From the IMG/VR virus record IMGVR_UViG_3300036546_000175, positions 1 through 34,781 of that record: a stretch of DNA of 34,781 bases; one strand, written 5' to 3'. Origin of the DNA: a virus. Its lineage: Duplodnaviria > Caudoviricetes. Below the pieces are notes generated by a model that worked only from the letters and a program-made list of their open reading frames with translations, had not been told where the DNA came from and made no database searches. Both the position numbers and the translations under genes were made by a program. Of this stretch, positions 1 through 8,625 are shown piece by piece (position 1 is the stretch's first letter; each line of letters starts with the position of its first letter).

Positions 1-375
1 CCAGGTCATGACAATGACGTCTGCGTTTTTAATAGGTGCAAGTCGTGCGTTTTTCTTTTTTACGTTAGCGTGGGTTAATGTTTTAATAGAACACGTTGTT
101 TTATTATCATATGCACGGTACGTAGCAGTGTAAGGTAAAAGATGAGACTGAAGGTATCCAGATCCAGCACAGACTTCAATGACATGTTTATTTTCAATAA
201 ACGGTATTAGTAATTCTACCACGTCCTTGGTTAATAAAAACCACGCTAATTCTTTTGTATATAGTTGTCTAACACTAAAGATATCGATGTCGTTTCGATG
301 TTTAATCATAGACAAATCTTGGCGAATTTCGTCTTTAGTAAATAAAGTTTTAGGGTTTAATAATGGAAGAATCAT
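1..375 (-). CDS. SAM-dependent methyltransferase-like protein, partial (runs off window start)
   Basis: Not in ORF track; translated by hand: MILPLLNPK...KHVIEVCAGSGYLQSHL...YRAYDN...ADVIVMTW. EVCAGSG resembles class I SAM motif I. AAAGGA lies upstream of the ATG at 375 (alternative in-frame ATG at 384), and an early promoter lies directly upstream. Confidence 0.7.
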   Translation of the reverse strand, partial: MILPLLNPKTLFTKDEIRQDLSMIKHRNDIDIFSVRQLYTKELAWFLLTKDVVELLIPFIENKHVIEVCAGSGYLQSHLLPYTATYRAYDNKTTCSIKTLTHANVKKKNARLAPIKNADVIVMTW

Positions 376-406
376 TTTTATCATTCCTTTTGTTAAAGTC
401 AATAAA

Positions 407-434
407 GTAATATACACCTGAAAATATTTTATTT
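407..434 (-). promoter_or_regulatory. phiKZ-type early promoter
   Basis: Minus strand AAATAAAATATTTTCAGGTGTATATTAC. The motif recurs at 4011, 15885 and 33003 and matches the TATATTAC early consensus of phiKZ-like phages. Confidence 0.7.
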
Positions 435-488
435 CTATGTTAATCTTATGATTTTAAAAAGATTAACACAGAAATAAGGATTTTAACC

Positions 489-1355
489 ATGTCTCGAACT
501 TTACGGTTAAAGAGGGGGACAGCAGTTCAAAACGATGCCTTCGTAGGGAATAAAGGTGAAGTCACCTTTGATATCACCAACAAAACCCTAAGGATACACG
601 ACGGTGTAACCATGGGGGGCATATCCACTGTTAAGTTAACGGATGTTTCGTCAGCTTTGGCCACTGCGTTTATGGATCATTCCATTAGTACGGACCATGA
701 CGATTTGTATTACCGTAAGGAAGTAGTCGATAGTTTGATAGCTGCTGCAGAAACAGGGAGCGTGGATTTTGATGCTCAGAATACGGATCTTCTAATTGAT
801 GGGGTAACGTATGGTTGGCGAGACATCGTCAGTGAGATACGTGTACGTGGTACAGGGGTTAACAGCCCCAGCTGGTCAGTTTTTCGTAACGGTATATACG
901 CCTTTGAGTTTGAGGCCTCTAAAACTATGGAGTTTTGGGCCAGTTTCCACATTGACCATGATTATGCAATGGGCACTAAGATATTCCCACACGTGCACTG
1001 GTCGCCCAACACAACGTCAACCGGCACAGTTCGGTGGGGGTTTGAATACACCGTAGCCAAAGGACATCAACAAGGACCTGATTCAGTGTTTGGGCCACCG
1101 TCTATTGTGTATGTGGAAACCAATATCACTCAACCCAGTCAGTATATGCACTTCGTAACGGAAGTGTCGGATGAACAGGCCATCCCCGCTACTTTGCTGG
1201 AGCCGGATTCATTAGTGAACATTCACTTTTTCCGTGACGGAGGAAACGACACGTTCCCTAACAGTGTGTTTGCATTCACAGCGGATTTACATTACCAGAC
1301 CGCCCGTATTGCAACCGTTAATAAGGCACCCGATTTCTTCGGCACAGGAGTATAA
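489..1355 (+). CDS. tail fibre / receptor-binding-like protein
   Basis: N-terminus LRLKRGT...GEVTFDITNKTLRIHDG resembles the Mtd_N/hyaluronidase-type fibre attachment module. Has HDDLYYRKEVVD fibre motif, beta-rich C-terminal domain and AAGGA RBS. Confidence 0.7.
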   Translation: MSRTLRLKRGTAVQNDAFVGNKGEVTFDITNKTLRIHDGVTMGGISTVKLTDVSSALATAFMDHSISTDHDDLYYRKEVVDSLIAAAETGSVDFDAQNTDLLIDGVTYGWRDIVSEIRVRGTGVNSPSWSVFRNGIYAFEFEASKTMEFWASFHIDHDYAMGTKIFPHVHWSPNTTSTGTVRWGFEYTVAKGHQQGPDSVFGPPSIVYVETNITQPSQYMHFVTEVSDEQAIPATLLEPDSLVNIHFFRDGGNDTFPNSVFAFTADLHYQTARIATVNKAPDFFGTGV

Positions 1356-1895
1356 ATGATGACGCTTGAAGAAACGATGTTAGCGCTGGAATATATCTAC
1401 CCTGGATGTGAGCGAGTGTTGGATGGACAAAATATTATTTGGTTAGATAGCCGACCCTATCCCACCGAGACTGAGCTTCAGAACTCTCTTTATCAGGCCC
1501 AACTGGAAAAGGCTAAGCGCGACAAGTTAGCCCACATAGAGGACGTCTGTGTAAGTAAAATGGAAGAGTCCATGCCATGGGATTTCAATGGTACTATAGA
1601 AAACATACAGACACGCCCACAAGACAAAGTTAACTTGTTGGGGATCGCCATTGAAGCCAGACATCTTGATAGTCTAGGGTTTACTGGTATTTTCACCCCA
1701 TTGCGGGTAGAGTCAAATGTGGAGTACCCCATAACCCCACAAGAGGGTGTGGCTATCACGTCTGCAGCTTTACAACACATCGTTGATAAGTATAAACGGT
1801 GTTGGTTATTGAAGGACGATGTTCGCGACGCCACGACACTAGAGGCCGTTGAGAATGCTACATGGTATGAAGGTCCGTTACCGCGTCCTGAATAA
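1356..1895 (+). CDS. tail fibre assembly chaperone-like protein (XkdW/DUF4376-like)
   Basis: Abuts the fibre gene. Motifs W..SRPYPTETEL, AKRDKLAHI, QTRPQDKVNL and terminal LKDDVRDATTLEAVENATW are typical of fibre chaperones. Confidence 0.7.
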   Translation: MMTLEETMLALEYIYPGCERVLDGQNIIWLDSRPYPTETELQNSLYQAQLEKAKRDKLAHIEDVCVSKMEESMPWDFNGTIENIQTRPQDKVNLLGIAIEARHLDSLGFTGIFTPLRVESNVEYPITPQEGVAITSAALQHIVDKYKRCWLLKDDVRDATTLEAVENATWYEGPLPRPE

Positions 1896-2298
1896 GTAAT
1901 TTCTTACCGTTCTGACATCATCTATGCGATGGGTTATAATCGCTTAGTTGTTAGTCGTTAAAAAGAAGAAAGGAATGAACATGGACCAGTACTTGATCTT
2001 CTCAACTACGATGCGTAAGGTGATCCGCAATGGTTGAGACGACTACTATTTTCGTTTTGGTTTCTTTGTGCGTTTTAGCCCCCTTTGGCTTAACCACCCA
2101 ATACGAGTCGTGTTTTAGTGGTGTGTCTAATCTCCTGTGTAAGGAGTTAAACAAACGACTGACTCGCTTTAGTGTCAATAGATTCTTTTTTAATCCAACA
2201 GTGTCTGGTGGAGACGTTTCCACAGAACTGACGATTAAAACGCTGTAAAAGTGTTTTTTGGTAGTGTTCAGGGTATAGGAGAAGCAGGGTCTCCTTTA

Positions 2299-2348
2299 GA
2301 GTGCCTACAGGTCTTGGTTGACCTAGGCACTCGCCTGAGCTTTATGCC
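2299..2348 (+). terminator. hairpin, probable terminator of the plus-strand unit
   Basis: GAGTGCCTA-(CA)-GGTC...GACC-TAGGCACTC stem followed by TTTATGCC, at the convergence of plus and minus units. Confidence 0.5.
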
Positions 2349-2349
2349 G

Positions 2350-2383
2350 AAAAAAAAAAGAGCCCCCCCTAAAGGGACTCTTT
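2350..2383 (-). terminator. intrinsic terminator
   Basis: Minus strand AAAGAGTCCC-TTTAGGG-GGGGCTC followed by a long T run, just after the stop at 2393. Confidence 0.75.
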
Positions 2384-2392
2384 GTCGTAGAC

Positions 2393-2743
2393 TTATTCGT
2401 CGATTGCGAATCGCAACACTTCTGAACGATTCTCTACACTCTCGATGAGGTCTCCCAATGAATCGAACGAAGTTTCGTCGGGCGAATACTCCAGAGTCAA
2501 GGTCAGGAAGCGGCCACCCCCGTTCTTGACTTCGATACCACCATCTTCCAGGTAACCGATCAATTCATCAAGCACAACCTCACGAAGGCGTTCACGTCCA
2601 AGGAGACGTTTGATCTCCGAGTACTTGATGGTGAGAACAATAGTTTTATTCTCATCGATACCACCCCACATGACAACCTGGGCCTGTTTTCTACGCATGT
2701 TGTCGAGGATGGTGCGGGCGAGAGAAGGGACTGATTTATGCAT
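2393..2743 (-). CDS. hypothetical protein
   Basis: 116-aa ORF with AAGGA RBS, flanked by terminators. Confidence 0.8.
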   Translation of the reverse strand: MHKSVPSLARTILDNMRRKQAQVVMWGGIDENKTIVLTIKYSEIKRLLGRERLREVVLDELIGYLEDGGIEVKNGGGRFLTLTLEYSPDETSFDSLGDLIESVENRSEVLRFAIDE

Positions 2744-2776
2744 TTTACATTTCCTTTTTTTGCTGGTGACATAATT

Positions 2777-2794
2777 GGGGGACCGAAGTCCCCC
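2777..2794 (-). terminator. hairpin/terminator with cUUCGg loop
   Basis: Minus strand GGGGGAC-TTCG-GTCCCCC followed by AATTATGT, right after the hydrolase stop. Confidence 0.65.
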
Positions 2795-2798
2795 TTTC

Positions 2799-3287
2799 TT
2801 AATGGTGCTTCAGAGCATCTGGATTATAGAGATTTACAAAGCGGTGATTGTAAATGTCTATTTTAGAAAGTGCAGCGCGCTCCCAGTCAGGGCGGGTAAC
2901 TGAGGGGTTGAAAAAATGATCCGCCCCACCTGTAATATCCGGTAGCTCCCCCTGTACAGCCTGGAATGCTATCTTAGCCGACTCAATGAAGGATTCCTTT
3001 TCCTTGGGGTTGGTGAGGCGAATGGTCTTAAGGCCTTTAAGTTTATACTCAAAAGCCGCATGTTTATTCACATTCCCACAGACGGTGTTGGGGAAATAAC
3101 GTTGGTCTTCAACACGGCGTGTGATAACATTGGCAACTGCCACCTTCCCCATATACCCTTCCCCACGACTCTCGAAATGAACAGCCTCTATCATACAGAG
3201 GTATTCATTAAGAGAACTTTCCATCGGAACGGGTGACGTCGCCATCACCCATGCGATGACGTAGTTTGCAAAAGTGTCCGTAATCAT
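2799..3287 (-). CDS. cell wall hydrolase, SleB/Hydrolase_2 family
   Basis: CMIEAVHFESRGE, GKVAVANVITRRV, FPNTVC, DITGGADHF, P.W and NHRF motifs. Confidence 0.9.
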   Translation of the reverse strand: MITDTFANYVIAWVMATSPVPMESSLNEYLCMIEAVHFESRGEGYMGKVAVANVITRRVEDQRYFPNTVCGNVNKHAAFEYKLKGLKTIRLTNPKEKESFIESAKIAFQAVQGELPDITGGADHFFNPSVTRPDWERAALSKIDIYNHRFVNLYNPDALKHH

Positions 3288-3466
3288 TCAAACTCTCCTT
3301 CACCGAACAAGATTCCACGTACAGCAGCGTATGGACATTCCCCCCTAATCACTGCATTCAGGATGGCCCCAAATGTGACCAACCCAGTTGCTATACCGAG
3401 CATGGTCATAAATATTGCGAGGTAATGGAGAATAAACAGAATAGTGTCTACGTTATACATGATCAA
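3284..3466 (-). CDS. small membrane protein
   Basis: 60-aa hydrophobic ORF, AAGGAGG RBS, 4-nt overlap with the hydrolase gene. Confidence 0.7.
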   Translation of the reverse strand: MIMYNVDTILFILHYLAIFMTMLGIATGLVTFGAILNAVIRGECPYAAVRGILFGEGEFE

Positions 3467-3506
3467 TCCCTCCTTAGGGATGCGGAATTTAAAGTTGACT
3501 GAGGAC

Positions 3507-3608
3507 TCAACCTAACAGGTGGTCCCAATCAATCATTATAAGTAACAAAACAAACCCAAACCCGATCAACTCGAGCTTGAATTTGTGTCTACGGAAAAAG
3601 GTTTTCAT
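3507..3608 (-). CDS. very small putative membrane protein (33 aa)
   Basis: Below ORF-track cutoff: MKTFFRRHKFKLELIGFGFVLLLIMIDWDHLLG. AGGAG RBS; fills a gap in the operon. Confidence 0.55.
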   Translation of the reverse strand: MKTFFRRHKFKLELIGFGFVLLLIMIDWDHLLG

Positions 3609-3618
3609 TCTTAAACTC

Positions 3619-3939
3619 CTAAATAAATTCATCCACTCTTAAGGATTCTACATCAACGTCGCTGACTGAGTAGAACTTCTGACTGTTACGGGTTTTGATG
3701 TAGTTCTGGTACAACCCTTCCAAACGACCCGAGAGTTCTCGGATCATCAAAGCTTTGGCTAATTTGGCCATGTCATGGGACAACTCAGTCCCGTCCATGA
3801 CCACAGTGGGACCAGCCCTGGATGTTTGCTTGAGATCCCTGAGGAGTTTTTCGGTTTTACGGATCTCCCTTACGATCCCTTCAACCTCACTCATGTCCAC
3901 CCGGATTTCCCGGAACAACTCAGTGCGACTTTTATCCAT
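3619..3939 (-). CDS. hypothetical protein (coiled-coil-like)
   Basis: 106-aa ORF, AAGGAG RBS, first gene after an early promoter. Confidence 0.8.
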   Translation of the reverse strand: MDKSRTELFREIRVDMSEVEGIVREIRKTEKLLRDLKQTSRAGPTVVMDGTELSHDMAKLAKALMIRELSGRLEGLYQNYIKTRNSQKFYSVSDVDVESLRVDEFI

Positions 3940-4010
3940 TGTGTTTCTCCTTAGAAACTTGAGTTTTTACTAAAATAACTTTGATTAGTTTATGTAGCAC
4001 ATTCAGGTCT

Positions 4011-4038
4011 GTAATATATACTTGAAAATTCTTTATTT
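4011..4038 (-). promoter_or_regulatory. phiKZ-type early promoter
   Basis: Minus strand AAATAAAGAATTTTCAAGTATATATTAC. Confidence 0.75.
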
Positions 4039-4041
4039 ACA

Positions 4042-4070
4042 GCATAAAGCCAGGGGTTAAACCCCCTGGC
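4042..4070 (-). terminator. intrinsic terminator overlapping stop codon
   Basis: GCCAGGGG-GTTTAA-CCCCTGGC-TTTATGC; the TAA of the upstream gene sits in the loop. Confidence 0.7.
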
Positions 4071-4593
4071 GTTTATACTCCCGGTTACGCTTAACCAGTT
4101 CATCAGAAAGAAAGGTTATATTAGCCCTCTCCTCCTCCAACAAGGCCTTCTCGGGGGTTATATTGGTAGTACCTGGCCTCATTACCACTCGGTGTAAATT
4201 CACCCCAGACATGATAATATAGCGCTTCAGGGCAGGTACCCCTAAAACAGTTAACGATTCGGAAAAGATCCGATCGGTTTCGGCCCGGTTGATTTCACGA
4301 TATTCCCCATCCACCATCACTAAACCATAGTCACACAGGTAGTCGTGTACGATAGCGGCTTGACCATATTGCCCCCAAGGGGGGAGTATATTCCATAAAG
4401 GTCGTGGGATAGAAGCACCATCCGTCAGATACCCTTTAGGGACTTCAACCCACATCTTGGAATCGGGTGACCCGATAAAATAACGAAAGGTGTTGACCAC
4501 ACACCAATAGTCTCGACCTAACTGCTCACTTGCAGCGTGGTCATAAATGGTCATGGCGTATGCATCAAACTGTTTAAACGTCATCAGTTCCAT
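4057..4593 (-). CDS. DUF1353 family protein
   Basis: VPKGYLTDGASIPR, PPWGQYGQAAIVHDYLC and RAETDRIF signature motifs. Confidence 0.85.
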   Translation of the reverse strand: MELMTFKQFDAYAMTIYDHAASEQLGRDYWCVVNTFRYFIGSPDSKMWVEVPKGYLTDGASIPRPLWNILPPWGQYGQAAIVHDYLCDYGLVMVDGEYREINRAETDRIFSESLTVLGVPALKRYIIMSGVNLHRVVMRPGTTNITPEKALLEEERANITFLSDELVKRNREYKRQGV

Positions 4594-4683
4594 TACACTG
4601 TCCTATGTTAAGTAAAAATTTACTTTATCATAAGATGTGATGGTAAATTACTTATAAAAAAGAACAGGTTAAAAAATCAATGG

Positions 4684-5853
4684 TTATGGATTCAATGCTG
4701 CAAACATGGCGTCTATTTCAGCCTTAGTGTAGTACCTAGTATCGTGATCGTCACTTGCAACGTGGTCCGACATCGCTTTAGCTTGCAACACGTCAGTAGT
4801 TGAAGTACTTACACGACTATCAGTTGTTGCTGGGTTCACTTCGGCCCCCGACTCAATTCCATCCAACTTTACCTTATCGGTAGGTGTCATTGGTCCTGCA
4901 ATGAGATCAGTGACGGGAGCGATATCAGCTCCTAAGCCTCCAGTGCTGGATTCAATGGTAATTTCAGTGGCGGATTGGGTAACAGTTATATCGGTCCCCA
5001 CATTGACCTGTGCACCCGTCTCAATACCGTCTAATTTTGTTTTGTCAGATGAAGACATCAGACCCGACAATGTTGTTGTAGCCGTTCTAAACAATTCGAT
5101 ACCGGCATTAATTGCTTGGCGTACTCGCTGTGCGGTCCACGCGGTGCGGGTAGTATCTGTCCCAGCTTCAGCCGTTACTTGAGTGACCGTTTCTGCAGTC
5201 CACTCTCGGGAATCAGTCAACCTGGAATCAGACGTTGACACCTTTCCAGACAACGCCGTTTCAGTAGCGGTAGATATCGGTTTGTCGATATCTGCAGTAT
5301 TGTCCACATTGCCTAAACCTACATCAGTGGCGTCTAAAACAATGGCGCCCAGTCGACCATTAACACTGGTGACAGCATCAGTATTATCGATCTTTTCCCA
5401 GACAGTACCATTGGATACAATCCAGTCACCAACACCGTAGTCGACACTGTTAAATGTACCTGCGACGCTAACGACATAATAATGACCTTTCTCAACAGGG
5501 GTCACTGTCAATGCGGGCGTGTTAGTAGAGGCGTTCCACGCACCCTGATACTCTACCTGTCCAAGAACTGAATCTGGAAGTTGTGTACTGGGAATCTTGC
5601 CACCACTATCCAAAGTAGCAACACCGTCAGCTGTCCCTTTTTCAGAAGAAGCAATGCGGGAGTTGGCGATATCCAGCACTGCTTGTAACTCATCGGGTGT
5701 GACGTTCAACGAAATGATATTGTCGTTGGCATCACGAGTGTATATACGTTTGTCGGCTAAATTTATAGCCAGCTCAGCGATATTGATGTTGTCAGTGGTA
5801 GGTACCTTACTTGGTACAGATGAGTTTTTTATGATGATGTTACGTGTGGCCAT
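4684..5853 (-). CDS. tail fibre-like structural protein
   Basis: N-terminal KNSSVPSKVP...ELAINLADKRIY module; GVATLDSGGKIP, VTSVNG, VGLGNVDNTAD.DKPISTAT and two G.M...DK.KLDGIE.GA.VN repeats. Confidence 0.8.
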   Translation of the reverse strand: MATRNIIIKNSSVPSKVPTTDNINIAELAINLADKRIYTRDANDNIISLNVTPDELQAVLDIANSRIASSEKGTADGVATLDSGGKIPSTQLPDSVLGQVEYQGAWNASTNTPALTVTPVEKGHYYVVSVAGTFNSVDYGVGDWIVSNGTVWEKIDNTDAVTSVNGRLGAIVLDATDVGLGNVDNTADIDKPISTATETALSGKVSTSDSRLTDSREWTAETVTQVTAEAGTDTTRTAWTAQRVRQAINAGIELFRTATTTLSGLMSSSDKTKLDGIETGAQVNVGTDITVTQSATEITIESSTGGLGADIAPVTDLIAGPMTPTDKVKLDGIESGAEVNPATTDSRVSTSTTDVLQAKAMSDHVASDDHDTRYYTKAEIDAMFAALNP

Positions 5854-5962
5854 GGAAACCTCAACAACCTATACAGGTTAATGTAGTGAAAAAAAATGAG
5901 TGGAAATTATCCAATTCCCATAGAATAGGTTGTTATTAGAAACAAAAAAAAATAAATAGACC

Positions 5963-5990
5963 GCATAAAAGGACAGTCTTATGACTGTCC
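5963..5990 (-). terminator. intrinsic terminator
   Basis: GGACAGTC-ATAA-GACTGTCC perfect stem followed by TTTTATGC. Confidence 0.75.
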
Positions 5991-6005
5991 AAGAATGACA
6001 CCAAT

Positions 6006-6485
6006 TTAAACGTCTGCTTTTGTCCAGCAGCACTTCTTAAACTTTTTACCGCTTCCACATACACATGGTTTATTACGGTAACTGTTCTTGCGTCTGAGAG
6101 AGATCTTAACGCCTTTAGGGACGTTTTTACCTCGACTCTTATAACTTGTAAGTTCACCCAACCACGCCTTATCGACGCTCTCCGGGTCCACTTCAAGTAT
6201 ATCTGATTCGTTTAGTTTCTGCACGGTATACCCTTTATCTTCTAACAATGACATAACAGCGGGTATTTTTGAGTTACGTCCTGCACCAGTGATGATTATC
6301 TTTTTTGGGTTAGCTTTCGTTTCTTCATCAAGTTCTTCGAGGAATTGATCATCCAGTTTACTTGGATCTACAAACCCAATCGACCCTGGATAATGGATTA
6401 ACTCCCCACTCTCTAATGCGATTGTCTCTAAATGGGAAGATAACTCGTCCTCCAAGTAAGTAACCTTATCATCCATTATCATCAC
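6006..6485 (-). CDS. SEC-C motif (zinc-binding) domain protein
   Basis: C-terminal RNKPCVCGSGKKFKKCC. Confidence 0.85.
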   Translation of the reverse strand: MMIMDDKVTYLEDELSSHLETIALESGELIHYPGSIGFVDPSKLDDQFLEELDEETKANPKKIIITGAGRNSKIPAVMSLLEDKGYTVQKLNESDILEVDPESVDKAWLGELTSYKSRGKNVPKGVKISLRRKNSYRNKPCVCGSGKKFKKCCWTKADV

Positions 6486-6512
6486 TTTAAGGTAAAGAGG
6501 ACTAAGCCTCTT

Positions 6513-6539
6513 TAATATAGACTTAAAAAAGTTTTATTT
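6513..6539 (-). promoter_or_regulatory. degenerate early-type promoter
   Basis: Minus strand AAATAAAACTTTTTTAAGTCTATATTA; same layout as the other copies. Confidence 0.5.
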
Positions 6540-6542
6540 CAA

Positions 6543-6704
6543 CTAGGAAACGATCTTACGATCCTTTCCTTTTAAACCGTCTCGAACCCCAAGTCGGTAA
6601 AGACCCAAGTGTGGTCGTTGAATGTATAAAGAACATCCGTACTTTTCACCGTGACGGTATCCCAGATCATAGCTACTTTGTTTACGTTGACTGGTTTTGC
6701 TCAT
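6543..6704 (-). CDS. small basic protein (53 aa), possible Rmf/CrpP-like fold
   Basis: Not in ORF track: MSKTSQRKQSSYDLGYRHGEKYGCSLYIQRPHLGLYRLGVRDGLKGKDRKIVS, with TAGGA RBS. The fold call is speculative. Confidence 0.6.
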   Translation of the reverse strand: MSKTSQRKQSSYDLGYRHGEKYGCSLYIQRPHLGLYRLGVRDGLKGKDRKIVS

Positions 6705-6745
6705 TCAAAAGAGTTCCTAAAAGTTTTAACTTTTTTCTTAATGTC

Positions 6746-6773
6746 ACATAAAGAGAGGGTATCACCCCTCCCT
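6746..6773 (-). terminator. intrinsic terminator
   Basis: AGGGAGGG-GTGATA-CCCTCTCT followed by TTATGT. A second hairpin lies at about 6801-6835. Confidence 0.6.
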
Positions 6774-6841
6774 ATTTGTTTTGTACTGGAATACCTTTTT
6801 TAAGGATTCAAACTTTGGAAAGTTGAATACCCTTACCCAAT

Positions 6842-7414
6842 TTATACCCTCGGTATAACTGGCGCTGCCGATTGATTATGGTATTTACCGGAACGATCGG
6901 AATACGAAATGTTACAATTTTCGCCTTGAAAAAATATAACTTGGCAAGAACCTTCCCCTGCATAAATTTTAGCGGGTAGAGGAGTGGTGTTAGCGAACTC
7001 TAAAGTTACGTGACCACTCCAACCCGGCTCTAGAGGGGTGGCTAGACAATTTATACCACACCTGGCATAAGTGGACTTACCCAACACTACCCCTAAAACA
7101 TTTTTAGGCATATTAATTAATTCTTCACTATATGCCAATACAAATGAGTTGGGCGGTATGATGCAAACATCTCCTTCAAAATCCACAAAAGAACTTTCTG
7201 AAAAATCTTTTGGGTCAATAATGCTATTGTTTACATTAGTGAATATTTTAAACTTATTACCTACCCTCAGATCGTAACCAAAACTAGATAGACCAAAACT
7301 TACTATTTTATTCCCATTCTCTAATTTTTTAACTTGAGTGTTGTGGAAGGGCGTTATTAGCGGAGTATTTTCTTTTACACACAAAGCTTCAATTTGATTA
7401 TCTGACAAAATCAT
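6842..7414 (-). CDS. dcd: dCTP deaminase (copy 2, full-length)
   Basis: [41 protein letters not shown] and C-terminal [12 protein letters not shown]. Confidence 0.93.
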   Translation of the reverse strand: MILSDNQIEALCVKENTPLITPFHNTQVKKLENGNKIVSFGLSSFGYDLRVGNKFKIFTNVNNSIIDPKDFSESSFVDFEGDVCIIPPNSFVLAYSEELINMPKNVLGVVLGKSTYARCGINCLATPLEPGWSGHVTLEFANTTPLPAKIYAGEGSCQVIFFQGENCNISYSDRSGKYHNQSAAPVIPRV

Positions 7415-7442
7415 TTTTTAGTCTCATTATTAACTAAAGGAT

Positions 7443-8084
7443 TTAGTTGACAATTTCACAAGGGACATTACCACGGAAAAACATGCAATGGGCAACGCCC
7501 ATTTCTGTATAAACTTTATAAGGTGAATTTGAACTGTTGGTTAATTTTAATTTTATATGTCCTTCAAAACCAGCTTCAATAGGCGTGGTGTTAATCAAGA
7601 TAGCTGAACGCGCGTAAGTGGATTTACCTACACACACCACCATCACGTTTTCGGGGATTCGGAAATACTCCTCCGTAACCGCCAACGCATAGCTGTTAGG
7701 GGGGAGTATGAAAAACCGGTTACCTTTTTCGTCTATCTGTATGGTGGCGTCTACAAAACAACGCTCATCCGGAGACATCGGGTCAACAACACCATTATTG
7801 ACATTGGTGAAGAGCTTTACTTCATCTTTAATGCGAACATCGTACCCATAACTGGTCAACCCATACGAGATGACTTTTTCACCTTCACCATTCTCACGCA
7901 CTAAGTGATCAATGAACGGCTCAATCATTGGCCCACCGACGTTAGTGATGGTCGTTCCTTCAAGTGCTCGATGTGTTACACCCAGACCATCACTAGGTCG
8001 ACCATTAATGGGTACCCAATCACCCGACCAGAAACTTTGTCCCGTACAGAGAGCCCGGATTGTAGCGTCCGACAAAATAGACAT
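7443..8084 (-). CDS. dcd: dCTP deaminase (copy 1, N-terminal insertion, lacks C-terminal tail)
   Basis: MSILSD, SYGLTSYGYDVR, GKSTYARS and TPIEAGFEGHI. Ends at PCEIVN without SY..R.GKY. Confidence 0.85.
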   Translation of the reverse strand: MSILSDATIRALCTGQSFWSGDWVPINGRPSDGLGVTHRALEGTTITNVGGPMIEPFIDHLVRENGEGEKVISYGLTSYGYDVRIKDEVKLFTNVNNGVVDPMSPDERCFVDATIQIDEKGNRFFILPPNSYALAVTEEYFRIPENVMVVCVGKSTYARSAILINTTPIEAGFEGHIKLKLTNSSNSPYKVYTEMGVAHCMFFRGNVPCEIVN

Positions 8085-8108
8085 TCTTTTCCCCTTTTAT
8101 TGTTTACA

Positions 8109-8579
8109 TCACGCCAGTGACAGTGAGTAACCTTCAACATTATCACTATGTTTTGTCATCAGATTGTGGATGCCCTGGTCATCCAAAGAGAGATCAAACC
8201 CCAGAAGCTCGACCAGCTCGAATCGGCCGTCAACATACTTAGTAATCGCTCGAGGGAACAATCTTAACTCTTTTTGGTACACACGGATAGCCGCTTCCAA
8301 AACCCCTTTCTTGATACCATCAGCTACCAATCGACCAAACAACACCAAACCATCTGGACCAAAATCATATTTAATATCCACTACCTTCCCTGCTATGTTG
8401 GCAAGCTTAAACGTTAGGTATTCGTTTTTGAATGCAATTTCGTTGGTGTGACTCGTCTTAATGGGTCTCACGGTACAGATAGTCAAGCTCTCTTGTTCAC
8501 TTAACTTCTCCAACAAAGGTAGTGTTTTGTTGGTTATTGGGTACCCGTTTTTACCGAATTCAATCAGTTTAATTTCCAT
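8109..8579 (-). CDS. hypothetical protein (possible degenerate prohead-protease fold)
   Basis: 156-aa ORF with AAGGA RBS. The fold call is weak. Confidence 0.75.
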   Translation of the reverse strand: MEIKLIEFGKNGYPITNKTLPLLEKLSEQESLTICTVRPIKTSHTNEIAFKNEYLTFKLANIAGKVVDIKYDFGPDGLVLFGRLVADGIKKGVLEAAIRVYQKELRLFPRAITKYVDGRFELVELLGFDLSLDDQGIHNLMTKHSDNVEGYSLSLA

Positions 8580-8625
8580 GACACGTTCCTTCCAACTATT
8601 AAGGGCTGTCTGGTCCCCTTAATAA

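Noticed and set aside
179-421. Plus-strand 80-aa ORF
   Set aside because: Antisense shadow of the methyltransferase-like gene. The same applies to most short plus-strand ORFs in the track.
1975-2248. Plus-strand ORF 2030-2248 and the short ORF at 1975-2037
   Set aside because: The RBS-bearing ATG stops after about 20 codons and the 72-aa ORF lacks an RBS or motif. It may be a decayed gene but I cannot support a call.
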